Virus record (IMG/VR): IMGVR_UViG_3300036770_003984 | Span: 64,542 to 128,541 of that record | Strand: one strand, 5' to 3' | Origin: a virus | DNA length: 64,000 nt | Shown here: piece after piece, positions 16,882 through 25,622 of the stretch | Layout: each line of letters begins with the position of its first letter | How positions within the stretch are numbered: the stretch's first letter is position 1 | Translations under genes and position numbers: made by a program | Notes under the pieces: model-generated | Told to the model about the DNA's origin: nothing | The model's input: only the letters and a program-made list of their open reading frames with translations | Database searches by the model: none

Positions 16882-17004
16882 TAGTCTTGATAGGATTTGA
16901 ACCTATACGATAACTGAGAACTGATTTACCCTGCTAATAGTTTAAAGGAGATTCACCTTCCAGCTAAGTTATCACAGCTGCGTCTACCATTCCGCCACAA
17001 GACT
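16882..17004 (-). ncRNA. tRNA-Leu-framed RNA with insert (E10, 123 nt)
   Basis: AGTCTTG/CAAGACT, TGGCGGAATGGTAGACGC, ATAGGTTCAAATCCTAT; insert stem GATAACT/AGTTATC. Confidence 0.87.
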
Positions 17005-17012
17005 GAGTTTTG

Positions 17013-17085
17013 TAGTCCCAGCCCGATTTGAACGGGCATCTTATCATCCGTAGTGATAGATTCTAATCCATTGAACTATGGGACT
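17013..17085 (-). tRNA. tRNA-Arg(ACG)
   Basis: TATCA-CTACGGA-TGATA arm. Confidence 0.93.
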
Positions 17086-17094
17086 AAATATTTG

Positions 17095-17181
17095 CGGAAA
17101 GCTGAGGTGTCGATCCCCATACAATACAATTGTACCTATCGTTTTCAAGACGTAGACTCGGGCCGCCGAGCTTAACTTTCC
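17095..17181 (-). tRNA. tRNA-Ser(TGA)
   Basis: CGT-CTTGAAA-ACG arm, long V arm, extended D-stem GCTCGG/CCGAGT, G73. Confidence 0.85.
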
Positions 17182-17191
17182 AATTTGTTTG

Positions 17192-17266
17192 GTGGTATGA
17201 TGGGATTTGAACCCACACATACATCATCCACAATGATGCCCCTCTACCAGTTGGGGTACATACCAC
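17192..17266 (-). tRNA. tRNA-His(GTG)
   Basis: G-1:C73, CATCA-TTGTGGA-TGATG arm. Confidence 0.93.
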
Positions 17267-17277
17267 ATATAATTGTT

Positions 17278-17353
17278 TGGTGGTGGGAGTAGGAATCGAA
17301 CCTACATTAAATAATCTTCAGCTATTCGCCTTGACCAACTTGGCAATCCCACC
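17278..17353 (-). tRNA. tRNA-Phe(GAA)
   Basis: AATAG-CTGAAGA-TTATT arm; encoded CCA. Confidence 0.93.
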
Positions 17354-17513
17354 ATAAATTAGAGTAAGTATCCACCACGTTTAAGGCTGGTTGTGGACAG
17401 TGCTACCTACGACCTTTCCTTACTCTCCCACAAAATTACGACCCTTCATTCTTATTTCCAAATGTTTTATCAAGTTTTTTTTTAAAGTGGTCAAATTTCA
17501 CCACTTTAGATTG

Positions 17514-17586
17514 TTCCCCCTGATGGAATTGAACCACCATCCTCAGATTCAAAATCTGATGTAATCAACCTTTATACCAAGGGGGA
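17514..17586 (-). tRNA. tRNA-Gln(TTG)
   Basis: TCAGA-TTTTGAA-TCTGA arm; U1:A72. Confidence 0.93.
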
Positions 17587-17680
17587 TTATATTTTACCAA
17601 CGATGTCAAAGAACACAAAAAAACCCTGAACGTCTTTTGTCCAGGGTTTGTATAAAAAATTAATATTTTTTTACCATCAA

Positions 17681-17770
17681 GAGATTCCACCTGAACCATA
17701 AGAATCCGCTGACCAACAATTTTTAAATTGCGGTTGTACTGACTTACTAATATGGTTTATCGATGTTCTC
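17681..17770 (-). ncRNA. candidate rod-shaped small RNA (~90 nt)
   Basis: GAGA/TCTC, CATC/GGTG, AACCATA/TATGGTT, CCGC/GCGG, CAATT/AATTG nested stems; TATTTATA motif just upstream, hairpin terminator downstream. Confidence 0.55.
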
Positions 17771-17822
17771 ATTTTTGTTATTTGTTTATAAATATTACTA
17801 AATTATTAAAAAGTTTGGTTCG

Positions 17823-17871
17823 GAATGATTTTTTAAGATGTGCTGTCTTTTTTAAGTTGCTGAAGTCATTC
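17823..17871 (-). ncRNA. Y-RNA-like stem unit A
   Basis: GAATGA-CTTCAGCAA...AAAAA-TCATTC. Confidence 0.6.
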
Positions 17872-17889
17872 GTTATAACCTTAATTGTC

Positions 17890-17948
17890 AGGATAGTTTT
17901 TGTTCAAATTTACAAGTTTTGATTTTTTTAGTTTGCTGAATCTATCCT
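17890..17948 (-). ncRNA. Y-RNA-like stem unit B
   Basis: AGGATAG-ATTCAGCAA...AAAAA-CTATCCT. Confidence 0.6.
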
Positions 17949-18018
17949 TTGTTCTATATAACGTAAAATTAATTTAAAAGTTTCATTAAGTCAAGAAAAA
18001 ATAGGAAAAATTGGTTTC

Positions 18019-18168
18019 AGAATGGGTTTTGGTTAGTAATTTATTTCCGTGCGATTAGAAAAGTGAGACTAACCCCCCTCCTTATCAGAGGGTGACAGGG
18101 TTTGAACCTATCCTCGGCCACCATTTTGATTAATTGATTTGTTGTGTTAACTTTGCAGTAATCATTCC
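18019..18168 (-). ncRNA. Y-RNA-like unit C with circularly permuted tRNA-like module (YrlA-like)
   Basis: GGAATG-ATTACTGCAA...CATTCT closing stem; inside, T-arm ATAGG-TTCAAAC-CCTGT, loop-closed acceptor-like stem CCCTC/GAGGG, then D-like GTTAG/CTAAT. Confidence 0.7.
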
Positions 18169-18192
18169 TTTTAAACCAATTTTTCCATTTTT

Positions 18193-19596
18193 TTAAACTT
18201 CTATCATCTTGTATCTTTCGGACTCGATGGTTTCGGTCATAATTAATACTGGTGATAGTTCTTTTCCACCAAGAATTGACTTCAAGATTGATGGACTAAA
18301 ACCAGATATTAACGCTGTACCACTTTCATTAAAACGAACTGGGAAGTTATCTCCTCTTGATTGTATGTTCCAAAAGATAATACCAGGTAGTTGATATCCA
18401 CTATTCTCATATTCTTCACGAATCATTTGAATTGCGGAATTATTACGCCCAGTTGCTTGATTAAATTCCATATCCGATAAGATAAGGATTTTAGTCGGCA
18501 TTTCACTTTGAGGTACATTGTGTTTAATTGATTGGTTTAGAATCAATTTGAACACAGACTCCAAGTTTGTACTCATACCCCAATCAGCAGTACGTAGTTG
18601 TATGTATCTATTATATAGATTACCACTCAACTTTTGTAATTTTGGTTTTTCAGAGAATGTAATGAAAGAGTCTTTAAAAGAACCTTCATTTCTTTCTGAA
18701 ATGTACAATCCCAATGATACTGCAACATCCATACAAGATAGATTATTGTTGTTACCAGCACTAGTAGACATTGAACCTGATACATCAACTACTGGTAAAA
18801 TTCTTTCGGTACTTCCTTCCATAAAGTTGGGAAGAGCTTTCCATTGTTCTACAGCCAAATCTTTGACACCTTGCCCCAAAGTTTTAACTATATCATATGG
18901 ATATACAGCCCCAGCATTTACTTTAGTTTCACCTTTTTTCAATGATTCCAAGTATACTCCAAAACCAGTTAAATCGTGTTTAGAGAATGCTTTGGTGTAT
19001 CGAGCCATAGCTAAAGATGGTACTTTTGAGTATTCAATATTTGTCCACTCGTTAGCACACATCTTTTGCTCGACCGTTTTGGAAAGAACAACCAACATTT
19101 TACGTAATGTTTTTGGTGTAAGACCCATAACCTTCCTGATTGAGTTAAAAATAACTCCTTTTCTTGGCATCCACTTTGCACATAGTCCATTTTTGGCTTC
19201 TAAACCTTGTACTATTGTGTCAATCGCATCGTCATTCACTTTTGTATTGAATAGGACTGTAAGATCGTCCCAACGACCGAATTCAGGGATGAATTTGATA
19301 TTCTTTGCCAATACTTCTGGTGCCACCTCTGCTAAGAGTTGGATTATATCACGGAATATTTGTCTTTCACCAGCACCACCACGAACATCTCTTACCCAAA
19401 ATAATATACGCAATGCTGTCTGAGGATTCTCAATGAAAGCCTTTGAGAATAGACTTAACAATCTTTCTTTGTCTTGTCCTCTCATTGCTCCAATGGTGAA
19501 GAATAGATTCACACACTCGTTAAGAGTTGATGAATTTGTAACCATACCATTTTCAGTTAAGGTATCTTCTGTTTGTAATGCGTCTAAGAAGTTCAT
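18193..19596 (-). CDS. DUF2828/vWA protein, Ro60/TROVE-related
   Basis: LTENG, RDVRGGAGER, GRWDDL, AKWMPR, VDVSGSM MIDAS, ILILSDMEF, IIFWN; start taken at MNFLDAL. Confidence 0.9.
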   Translation of the reverse strand: MNFLDALQTEDTLTENGMVTNSSTLNECVNLFFTIGAMRGQDKERLLSLFSKAFIENPQTALRILFWVRDVRGGAGERQIFRDIIQLLAEVAPEVLAKNIKFIPEFGRWDDLTVLFNTKVNDDAIDTIVQGLEAKNGLCAKWMPRKGVIFNSIRKVMGLTPKTLRKMLVVLSKTVEQKMCANEWTNIEYSKVPSLAMARYTKAFSKHDLTGFGVYLESLKKGETKVNAGAVYPYDIVKTLGQGVKDLAVEQWKALPNFMEGSTERILPVVDVSGSMSTSAGNNNNLSCMDVAVSLGLYISERNEGSFKDSFITFSEKPKLQKLSGNLYNRYIQLRTADWGMSTNLESVFKLILNQSIKHNVPQSEMPTKILILSDMEFNQATGRNNSAIQMIREEYENSGYQLPGIIFWNIQSRGDNFPVRFNESGTALISGFSPSILKSILGGKELSPVLIMTETIESERYKMIEV

Positions 19597-19662
19597 AATA
19601 TTCTGTTTTTGAATTTGTTTTGAAAGTATATAATTAATACTTTGGTTTGTCAAGGGTTTTGA

Positions 19663-19935
19663 TTAAAATCTTTTTGCTATTTTTTCAATTAATTCAGTTT
19701 CTTCATCACTTAGTAGAAATCTATTACTTCTTATCTTTTCAATGGTTTCATACCAAGTAACTTCACTAAGAGATAGACTTTGAGTCTTACTATAAGTTGT
19801 CAATGTTTTAGGTAATTTACCTTCCTCAACCAAACATTTGATTATTTTCTCAATATCTCTATCGGAACATTGATAAATGAAGTCTTCAACATCTATGTCA
19901 ACTTCAGCTTCTACTTCTTGATAAAATCTAGGCAT
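19663..19935 (-). CDS. hypothetical protein
   Basis: 90 aa ORF. Confidence 0.7.
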   Translation of the reverse strand: MPRFYQEVEAEVDIDVEDFIYQCSDRDIEKIIKCLVEEGKLPKTLTTYSKTQSLSLSEVTWYETIEKIRSNRFLLSDEETELIEKIAKRF

Positions 19936-19939
19936 AATT

Positions 19940-20317
19940 TTAATTTTTTAAATCTTGTATTTGAATTAAATAATCTGTTACTTCTTTTGGACTTAGAAAT
20001 CCAAGAACATCATTTGTAACTGGTGTATCATAAGTTAAATTACCTTCATTATCAAGAACTGCTAATTCATAAAGACCTTTTTTACCACCATATGAATGTT
20101 CATGACGAATTACCGAAGCACCATACCCATTTTTAAACATAATTTTACCTGCAACACCTCCATAATGGGGCATAAAGTTAATATCCTCAAATGTTTTGTA
20201 ATGTAAATCACAAAGTTCAATTAATTTATTGACACTTAGTCCAAATAGTTCTGATGTCTTGATTAAACCATCAGTTTCAATATTTGATTTTATTGCTTCA
20301 AGTGTTTTCTGTTTCAT
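19940..20317 (-). CDS. phage-type hypothetical protein (FKNGYGASVI...GLYELAVL)
   Basis: Motif recalled from many phages; start placed at MKQKT. Confidence 0.7.
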   Translation of the reverse strand: MKQKTLEAIKSNIETDGLIKTSELFGLSVNKLIELCDLHYKTFEDINFMPHYGGVAGKIMFKNGYGASVIRHEHSYGGKKGLYELAVLDNEGNLTYDTPVTNDVLGFLSPKEVTDYLIQIQDLKN

Positions 20318-20461
20318 TGGGATTAATTTTACACAAAAATATGGTTTAATATTCAAACAAACAAATTTTTCATTCAAAAATGAATAAAATATTTTTTCTT
20401 ATTTGATAATATGTAAAAGAGTATTTAGATTTGATTGAAATGTATAATCAACAAAACAAAT

Positions 20462-20953
20462 ATGGAAAAAGTATTAGTATTAAATGCGGATTTCACCCCA
20501 ATAAATGTAACATCTGTATATAAAGGATTTATCTTGGTTAATAAAGGTAAGGCTGAAGTTATCAAAGCAAGTGATAAACCAATTTTATCTGGTGTTAATC
20601 AGTTTGTACGACCATTAATAATTAGATTATTAAATTTTGTTAAGTTTAGAGTCAACAAATTAAGAATCAATAGACAAAGAATTTACAAAAGAGATAATAA
20701 TGAATGTACTTATTGTGGTAGTAAGAAAAATTTAACAATTGATCACATTATACCCAAATCAAAAGGAGGACAAAACACTTGGATGAATTTAATTACTTGT
20801 TGTTCAAGTTGTAATAGATTAAAAGGAGATAGAACACCAGAAGAAGCAAATATGAGATTAAATATTAGACCTTATGAACCAACAATTTTTTCAGAGATAT
20901 TAAATTCATCAGTTGGTGAGGTTTGGAAAGAATTTAAAAACACAATCTACTAA
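20462..20953 (+). CDS. HNH endonuclease (McrA-like)
   Basis: VLVLNADF...CTYCG...LTIDHIIPKSKGG...NLITCCSSCN. Confidence 0.9.
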   Translation: MEKVLVLNADFTPINVTSVYKGFILVNKGKAEVIKASDKPILSGVNQFVRPLIIRLLNFVKFRVNKLRINRQRIYKRDNNECTYCGSKKNLTIDHIIPKSKGGQNTWMNLITCCSSCNRLKGDRTPEEANMRLNIRPYEPTIFSEILNSSVGEVWKEFKNTIY

Positions 20954-21058
20954 AACACAAAAGGACGTTTTCACGTCCTTTTGGTAGATGTTGGATACCT
21001 CCCTTTCTTTTAGTCGAGTTTATCCCATGTAAGCACTACCTTACAGGTATCTTTAAAA

Positions 21059-21676
21059 TTATTTGTTTTTTTCCATTGATTCAAATCCATTGCCAAACTT
21101 TTTTATTGTTGGACAAATGCTTCCAAGTAATTTTTCTTTCATTTTTTCTAGTAACTCACCTTGTTCAAGCGTTTCTACCAAAGCATTTCTAATTAAATCG
21201 GATATACCACTAGTAAATCCCATTTGTCTTTTAACATGTTCAAGTGACCCCTCAACAATTGATTTAGCTAATTGAGTTGTAACGAATTCACAATTACCTA
21301 ATTTAGGTATTTCATTTATATCAATATCACCCAAACCCGTAACAATTACATTGGCCGCCCAAGAATCTTTTTTTGATGGTGCTACTGTATTTATAATTCC
21401 TCTAATTACTTTTTCTTTTATTGTGTCCCATAACCATGTTGGAAATCCTTTCCAAGAATCTTCATTAATTAGTTTTGAATAATGTCCATTTGATTCTAGT
21501 ATGATTAACTCATTGAACACCTTCATTGCGATATTTTCTTTTTCTCTTTTAGATTCAAAAATATTATCATAAACCTCAAATTGCAATCTTTTTAACTTAT
21601 GTAGTGATTTTTGATAATTTTGTTTTTCAAGTTTAACACCTAAAAGATTTTCTTTAATTATATTTTTGAGTTCCAT
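21059..21676 (-). CDS. hypothetical protein with leader MELKNIIKE
   Basis: 205 aa; TATTTATA upstream. Confidence 0.75.
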   Translation of the reverse strand: MELKNIIKENLLGVKLEKQNYQKSLHKLKRLQFEVYDNIFESKREKENIAMKVFNELIILESNGHYSKLINEDSWKGFPTWLWDTIKEKVIRGIINTVAPSKKDSWAANVIVTGLGDIDINEIPKLGNCEFVTTQLAKSIVEGSLEHVKRQMGFTSGISDLIRNALVETLEQGELLEKMKEKLLGSICPTIKKFGNGFESMEKNK

Positions 21677-21698
21677 ATTTTTTTATTTATAAATAGTC

Positions 21699-21953
21699 TC
21701 ATAATAGAGTATTTGCCTTACCTCGTGTAACTTTTACAATATCTCTCCATTTTGTTAATCCAATTTGATTTGCTGGACCTCTAGTAACCCCAGATTCCCA
21801 TTTTGTAACTGTTGGGTATTTAGTTCCCCCTCCTGTTGTTGCTCCACCAGTAGCTGGTGGAGCGTCTTGTTCATCCAATTCGCCATCAATACCTTTTTTT
21901 GTTGTATATCGTTTCATTAGACTAATTAAGTCATCAATTTCATAATTTTCCAT
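21699..21953 (-). CDS. hypothetical protein with TKWESGVTRGPAN repeat-like motif
   Basis: 84 aa ORF. Confidence 0.7.
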   Translation of the reverse strand: MENYEIDDLISLMKRYTTKKGIDGELDEQDAPPATGGATTGGGTKYPTVTKWESGVTRGPANQIGLTKWRDIVKVTRGKANTLL

Positions 21954-22246
21954 TATAACAATTCCGATTTTGGTAATTTATCTGTGAATAAAACATAATA
22001 TTCATTTAAAAAAGATAAAATTTCATTTTCATCAATAAATAAATCATCATCAATATCATCATAATCATCACTTGAAGTAAATTCATCTATATTCATATGG
22101 AAATTATACCCAAAATCATCAATTTCAATAAATGGTATTTTACCCTCCCTACATTCTTCATCAGAATCAGAATTAGTTCTAAATGTGACTTCTAAAACTT
22201 CTTCTAACTTGTTAATATGAAATGTTATTACTTCTATGATTTCCAT
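21953..22246 (-). CDS. acidic hypothetical protein
   Basis: 97 aa ORF. Confidence 0.7.
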   Translation of the reverse strand: MEIIEVITFHINKLEEVLEVTFRTNSDSDEECREGKIPFIEIDDFGYNFHMNIDEFTSSDDYDDIDDDLFIDENEILSFLNEYYVLFTDKLPKSELL

Positions 22247-22248
22247 TT

Positions 22249-22746
22249 TTAATAATTTTTAAAACGTTTAAACATATCTAAAGTCTTATTAACTTGCTCT
22301 TGTAATTGTTCTTCCTCAACATCAAATTCGTCACCAAGTTCATATATGTCAATATCGGTAAATTTTGGTTCATCTGTTAGTTCTAATTCAAATTCAGTTT
22401 TGTCATCAAATGTACCATATTCCATATGAGGAGGATTGCCAATCATATCTTCACCAGTAAATTTTTCTTTAGTTGGTGTCATATACGTGTCTTCTTCCTC
22501 AGAAAATAATCCAGTACTTTTACCATCATACCTCATTTCATTTATTCTCATATTAGTATATGTTTTAACTTCACCTTTATTATTAACTGTTAATCCACCT
22601 TTATCATTGGCATAATCTTGGACATAAAGTGGTTGTTGATTTATTTGTTGTCCATATGTTGTCACAAATCCATCATAGACTTGTCTGTGTTGGTCAAGAA
22701 TGTCATTCCTTTCCGCTTTGTTCATTTTAAAAAAATATGCGTTCAT
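22249..22746 (-). CDS. hypothetical protein
   Basis: Start placed at MNAYFF after TATTTATA. Confidence 0.7.
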   Translation of the reverse strand: MNAYFFKMNKAERNDILDQHRQVYDGFVTTYGQQINQQPLYVQDYANDKGGLTVNNKGEVKTYTNMRINEMRYDGKSTGLFSEEEDTYMTPTKEKFTGEDMIGNPPHMEYGTFDDKTEFELELTDEPKFTDIDIYELGDEFDVEEEQLQEQVNKTLDMFKRFKNY

Positions 22747-22794
22747 GTTCTTTTTATTTATAAATATTATGTATTTATTTAAATATTTATTGAT

Positions 22795-23454
22795 ATGAGA
22801 ATTATAATTACAGAAAGTCAAAAAAGAATGTTGTTATTCGAAATTGAAGAAAAACAATTGAATGATGAGATTGAAAATTCAATTGAGAATAACATTGACT
22901 TTACAAAAGAAATAGTAAAAGAAGCTGAAAAATTAGTAGAAGAGGGGAAGCTTCAAATTGGCCTTAATTTAAGATTTTTATTGACTTGGGGTGCTGGTGT
23001 TGGTGGGTTTATAAAACCAATATATGATTTTATTACTAATAATTTTTCTGATATAAGTGAAAAAGATAAAATCTTAATTATCATTGCAATAATGGCAACT
23101 TATTATTTTGATAATAAAGAAAAATTAATAAAAATAAAAGACGAAATTAGAAAGAGAGGGTTAAGTGAAATTATTCAAACTATCTTCACAAAAGCGGATG
23201 AATTAATAAAGGTATTTTCACAATTTTTACTTAGTTTAGGTAAAACTTTTCATAGTATTACGAACTTATTAAGTTATGCCTTTTTGATACCAATTTTAGA
23301 TAAATTAATAATTTTAATTAAAAATAGTACATTATCAACCAATGACTTGACTGAATCCCTAATGAGTTTATTAGGTTTCGGTACTTTAACCTTTGTAGGT
23401 ATAGGTGTTAAAAATTTAATAGAAAATATGGTAAGAAGATTTAAGGGTAAATAA
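22795..23454 (+). CDS. leader-tagged membrane-associated protein
   Basis: MRIIITESQKRMLLFE leader; hydrophobic helices. Confidence 0.75.
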   Translation: MRIIITESQKRMLLFEIEEKQLNDEIENSIENNIDFTKEIVKEAEKLVEEGKLQIGLNLRFLLTWGAGVGGFIKPIYDFITNNFSDISEKDKILIIIAIMATYYFDNKEKLIKIKDEIRKRGLSEIIQTIFTKADELIKVFSQFLLSLGKTFHSITNLLSYAFLIPILDKLIILIKNSTLSTNDLTESLMSLLGFGTLTFVGIGVKNLIENMVRRFKGK

Positions 23455-23508
23455 TTGAATTTCTTAAATTATTAATTTATGTTTTGATTAAACAAATATA
23501 AATTACAT

Positions 23509-24534
23509 ATGCCTAAATTTGATTTTAAAGACATCACCTTAGTCCCAGAAACAATCACAAATATTGATTCAAGAAGTGAAATTAACATTTTAACCAAAAA
23601 TTTAACCCTACCCATTATAGTCAGCCCAATGGATACTGTGGTAGATAATTCAAATTATAAAAAGTTTTTGGATAATAATTTAGAAGTTTGTTTACCAAGA
23701 GGTGAATATTCAAGTGATAATAATGTTTTTATTTCAATATCATTATCTGATTTTGAAATTATGGTATTAAAACATAAAAAATTTGAAAAAGTACCAACAT
23801 ATCAAAAAATTCTTGTTGATATTGCAAATGGTCATATGTCAAAATTATATGACTTATGTAAATATTTCATTGAAAACATCAAAACTGACCACCAATTAAT
23901 GATTGGTAATATTGCAAACCCAACAACATACGAAAAGTTTGCTGAACTTGGTGTTGATTATATTCGTGTTGGTATTGGTGGTGGTTCAGGATGTCTAACA
24001 TCAGCGAATACTGGTGTTCATTACCCTATGGCATCACTCATTTCAGAATGTCATCAAATCAAAAAGAAACGAGGTTATAAAACCAATATTGTTGCTGATG
24101 GTGGATTTAGAAATTATGATGATATAATTAAAGCATTAGCCCTTGGTGCCGATTATATTATGTTAGGCGGTGTGTTAAACAAATGTCTTGAATCTTGTTC
24201 GCCAATTTATTTCAATAAATGGATTAAATTAAATGATTCTACATCAAATTATATTTGGAATAACTTACCATATCTTAGAAAATATATGTATAAAAAGTTT
24301 AGAGGTATGAGTACAAAAGAAGTACAAAAAAAATGGGGTAGAGATAAACTAATAACATCCGAAGGTATATCAAAATATAATAAAGTTGAATATAAATTGG
24401 ATAAATGGCTTGAGAATCTACAAGATTATCTTAAATCAGCAATGTCATATACTAACTCAAGGAATTTAGAAGAATTTAAAGACACTGAATATATATTTAT
24501 TACGGAGAATGCCTTAAAAAGGTATTATAAATAA
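23509..24534 (+). CDS. IMP dehydrogenase / GMP reductase family protein
   Basis: SPMDTV, VDIANGH, RVGIGGGSGCLT with catalytic Cys, IVADGG, ALGADYIMLG, SAMSYT; no CBS domains. Confidence 0.9.
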   Translation: MPKFDFKDITLVPETITNIDSRSEINILTKNLTLPIIVSPMDTVVDNSNYKKFLDNNLEVCLPRGEYSSDNNVFISISLSDFEIMVLKHKKFEKVPTYQKILVDIANGHMSKLYDLCKYFIENIKTDHQLMIGNIANPTTYEKFAELGVDYIRVGIGGGSGCLTSANTGVHYPMASLISECHQIKKKRGYKTNIVADGGFRNYDDIIKALALGADYIMLGGVLNKCLESCSPIYFNKWIKLNDSTSNYIWNNLPYLRKYMYKKFRGMSTKEVQKKWGRDKLITSEGISKYNKVEYKLDKWLENLQDYLKSAMSYTNSRNLEEFKDTEYIFITENALKRYYK

Positions 24535-24535
24535 T

Positions 24536-25366
24536 ATGAATAAGAAAACATTAATTAGAGTTGTTGAAAATGTAGATTATTTTAATGAATCCAATTCACC
24601 TCAAGAAATTTATCTAAATCTACGTAGTTATTCTGGTGAACTATTAAATATTTTAGATGTTATGACTGGTAAAGACGTAATGTTATTTTGTTTTTTAGCT
24701 TATGAACAAAGATTTTCAGTTGATTTATCTAAATTATATGACTTTATTAGTAATAACTACTCTGAATTTACTATTGGAGAAATTTTAAATCTTAATCCAA
24801 ACAAAGAATGTTATCAATGTGATGGTAATGGTAATGTAGGTTGTACACAATGTGGTTGGGATGGAGAAGTAGATTGTTCTGAATGTGGTGGTGATGGTAA
24901 AATGGAATGTAATGTCTGTGATGGTGATGGGGTTGATAGTGATGGTGATACTTGTTATGATTGTGAAGGTGATGGAGAAGTAAAATGTAGTAATTGTTAT
25001 GGACGAGGTAGTGAAACTTGTTCTGATTGTGGAGGTGATGGTGATTTAGAATGTGAAATATGTGATGGTAAGGGAGAGATTAAAGCTGTTAATGAAACTT
25101 TAGTTAAAATGACTAGATATCTATCTTATGATATTAATTTCACTAAAAAATTTGAAAATATGGAGGAAGATGAAGTTATTTCTCCAGAATTTTATAACCG
25201 ATTGTTGAGTAGAAAAAAGTTTATAGTAATTAACGATTTTGATCATCTTTTTGAAGACTATGAACACCCTAATTATAAAGAAATGAAAGAAGATGATGTA
25301 TTTTTAGTTCACGAAAAGAATCAACCTGAATTGAAACATAGTTCTGGTAAAATTAGTGTATGGTAA
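24536..25366 (+). CDS. protein with DnaJ-type CxxCxGxG zinc-finger repeats
   Basis: Eight CxxCxGxG-like motifs. Confidence 0.8.
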   Translation: MNKKTLIRVVENVDYFNESNSPQEIYLNLRSYSGELLNILDVMTGKDVMLFCFLAYEQRFSVDLSKLYDFISNNYSEFTIGEILNLNPNKECYQCDGNGNVGCTQCGWDGEVDCSECGGDGKMECNVCDGDGVDSDGDTCYDCEGDGEVKCSNCYGRGSETCSDCGGDGDLECEICDGKGEIKAVNETLVKMTRYLSYDINFTKKFENMEEDEVISPEFYNRLLSRKKFIVINDFDHLFEDYEHPNYKEMKEDDVFLVHEKNQPELKHSSGKISVW

Positions 25367-25622
25367 TTTTGACTTTCAAAATACTATTTCCTTTAATAAC
25401 ACGATGATAAACACCCTCTGGAATAAAATATTTCTCCCCAACAATTAATTTGATGGGGAGTTCATTATCCATTTGTAAATACCAATTATCACTTTCTAAG
25501 ATTTCAACAAGTCTATTTTCTCTATCTCTATGCCATTTTAATTCTTCATCATCAACATTTTCATCAAATGTTCTGATTCTAATGTCATCAATTATTTCTT
25601 GTTGAAAGGGTAAATTTTCCAT
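25353..25622 (-). CDS. small cupin-like protein
   Basis: WHRD...IPEGVYHRVIKG; TAATG coupling with upstream gene. Confidence 0.7.
   Translation of the reverse strand: MENLPFQQEIIDDIRIRTFDENVDDEELKWHRDRENRLVEILESDNWYLQMDNELPIKLIVGEKYFIPEGVYHRVIKGNSILKVKITIH

Noticed and set aside
3119-17004. E-family inserts as group I/II introns or a CRISPR-like array
   Set aside because: Inserts are only ~27-100 nt with no shared catalytic core or conserved splice junctions, and removing them does not leave an evident anticodon arm. Units are dispersed and ORF-separated, with no cas genes. Protein-spliced introns cannot be fully excluded.
17095-17181. tRNA-Sec, because of the extended D-stem
   Set aside because: Anticodon is TGA (Ser), not TCA, and the acceptor is 7 bp.
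6045-17266. ORF-track entries overlapping tRNA genes (6045-6251, 6103-6321, 6544-6780, 7358-7546, 7871-8059, 14089-14301, 14480-14695, 17084-17266)
   Set aside because: Shadows of RNA genes; no protein-like features.
1-18200. tmRNA, RNase P RNA or SRP RNA
   Set aside because: Their hallmark sequences (GGGGC...TCCACCA with tag ORF, GAGGAAAGTCC, GGAAG-type SRP loop) were not found by eye.
18518-19423. 301-aa + strand ORF, and similar antisense ORFs inside dnaK, GH19 and LRR genes
   Set aside because: Antisense to well-supported genes; explained by codon bias.
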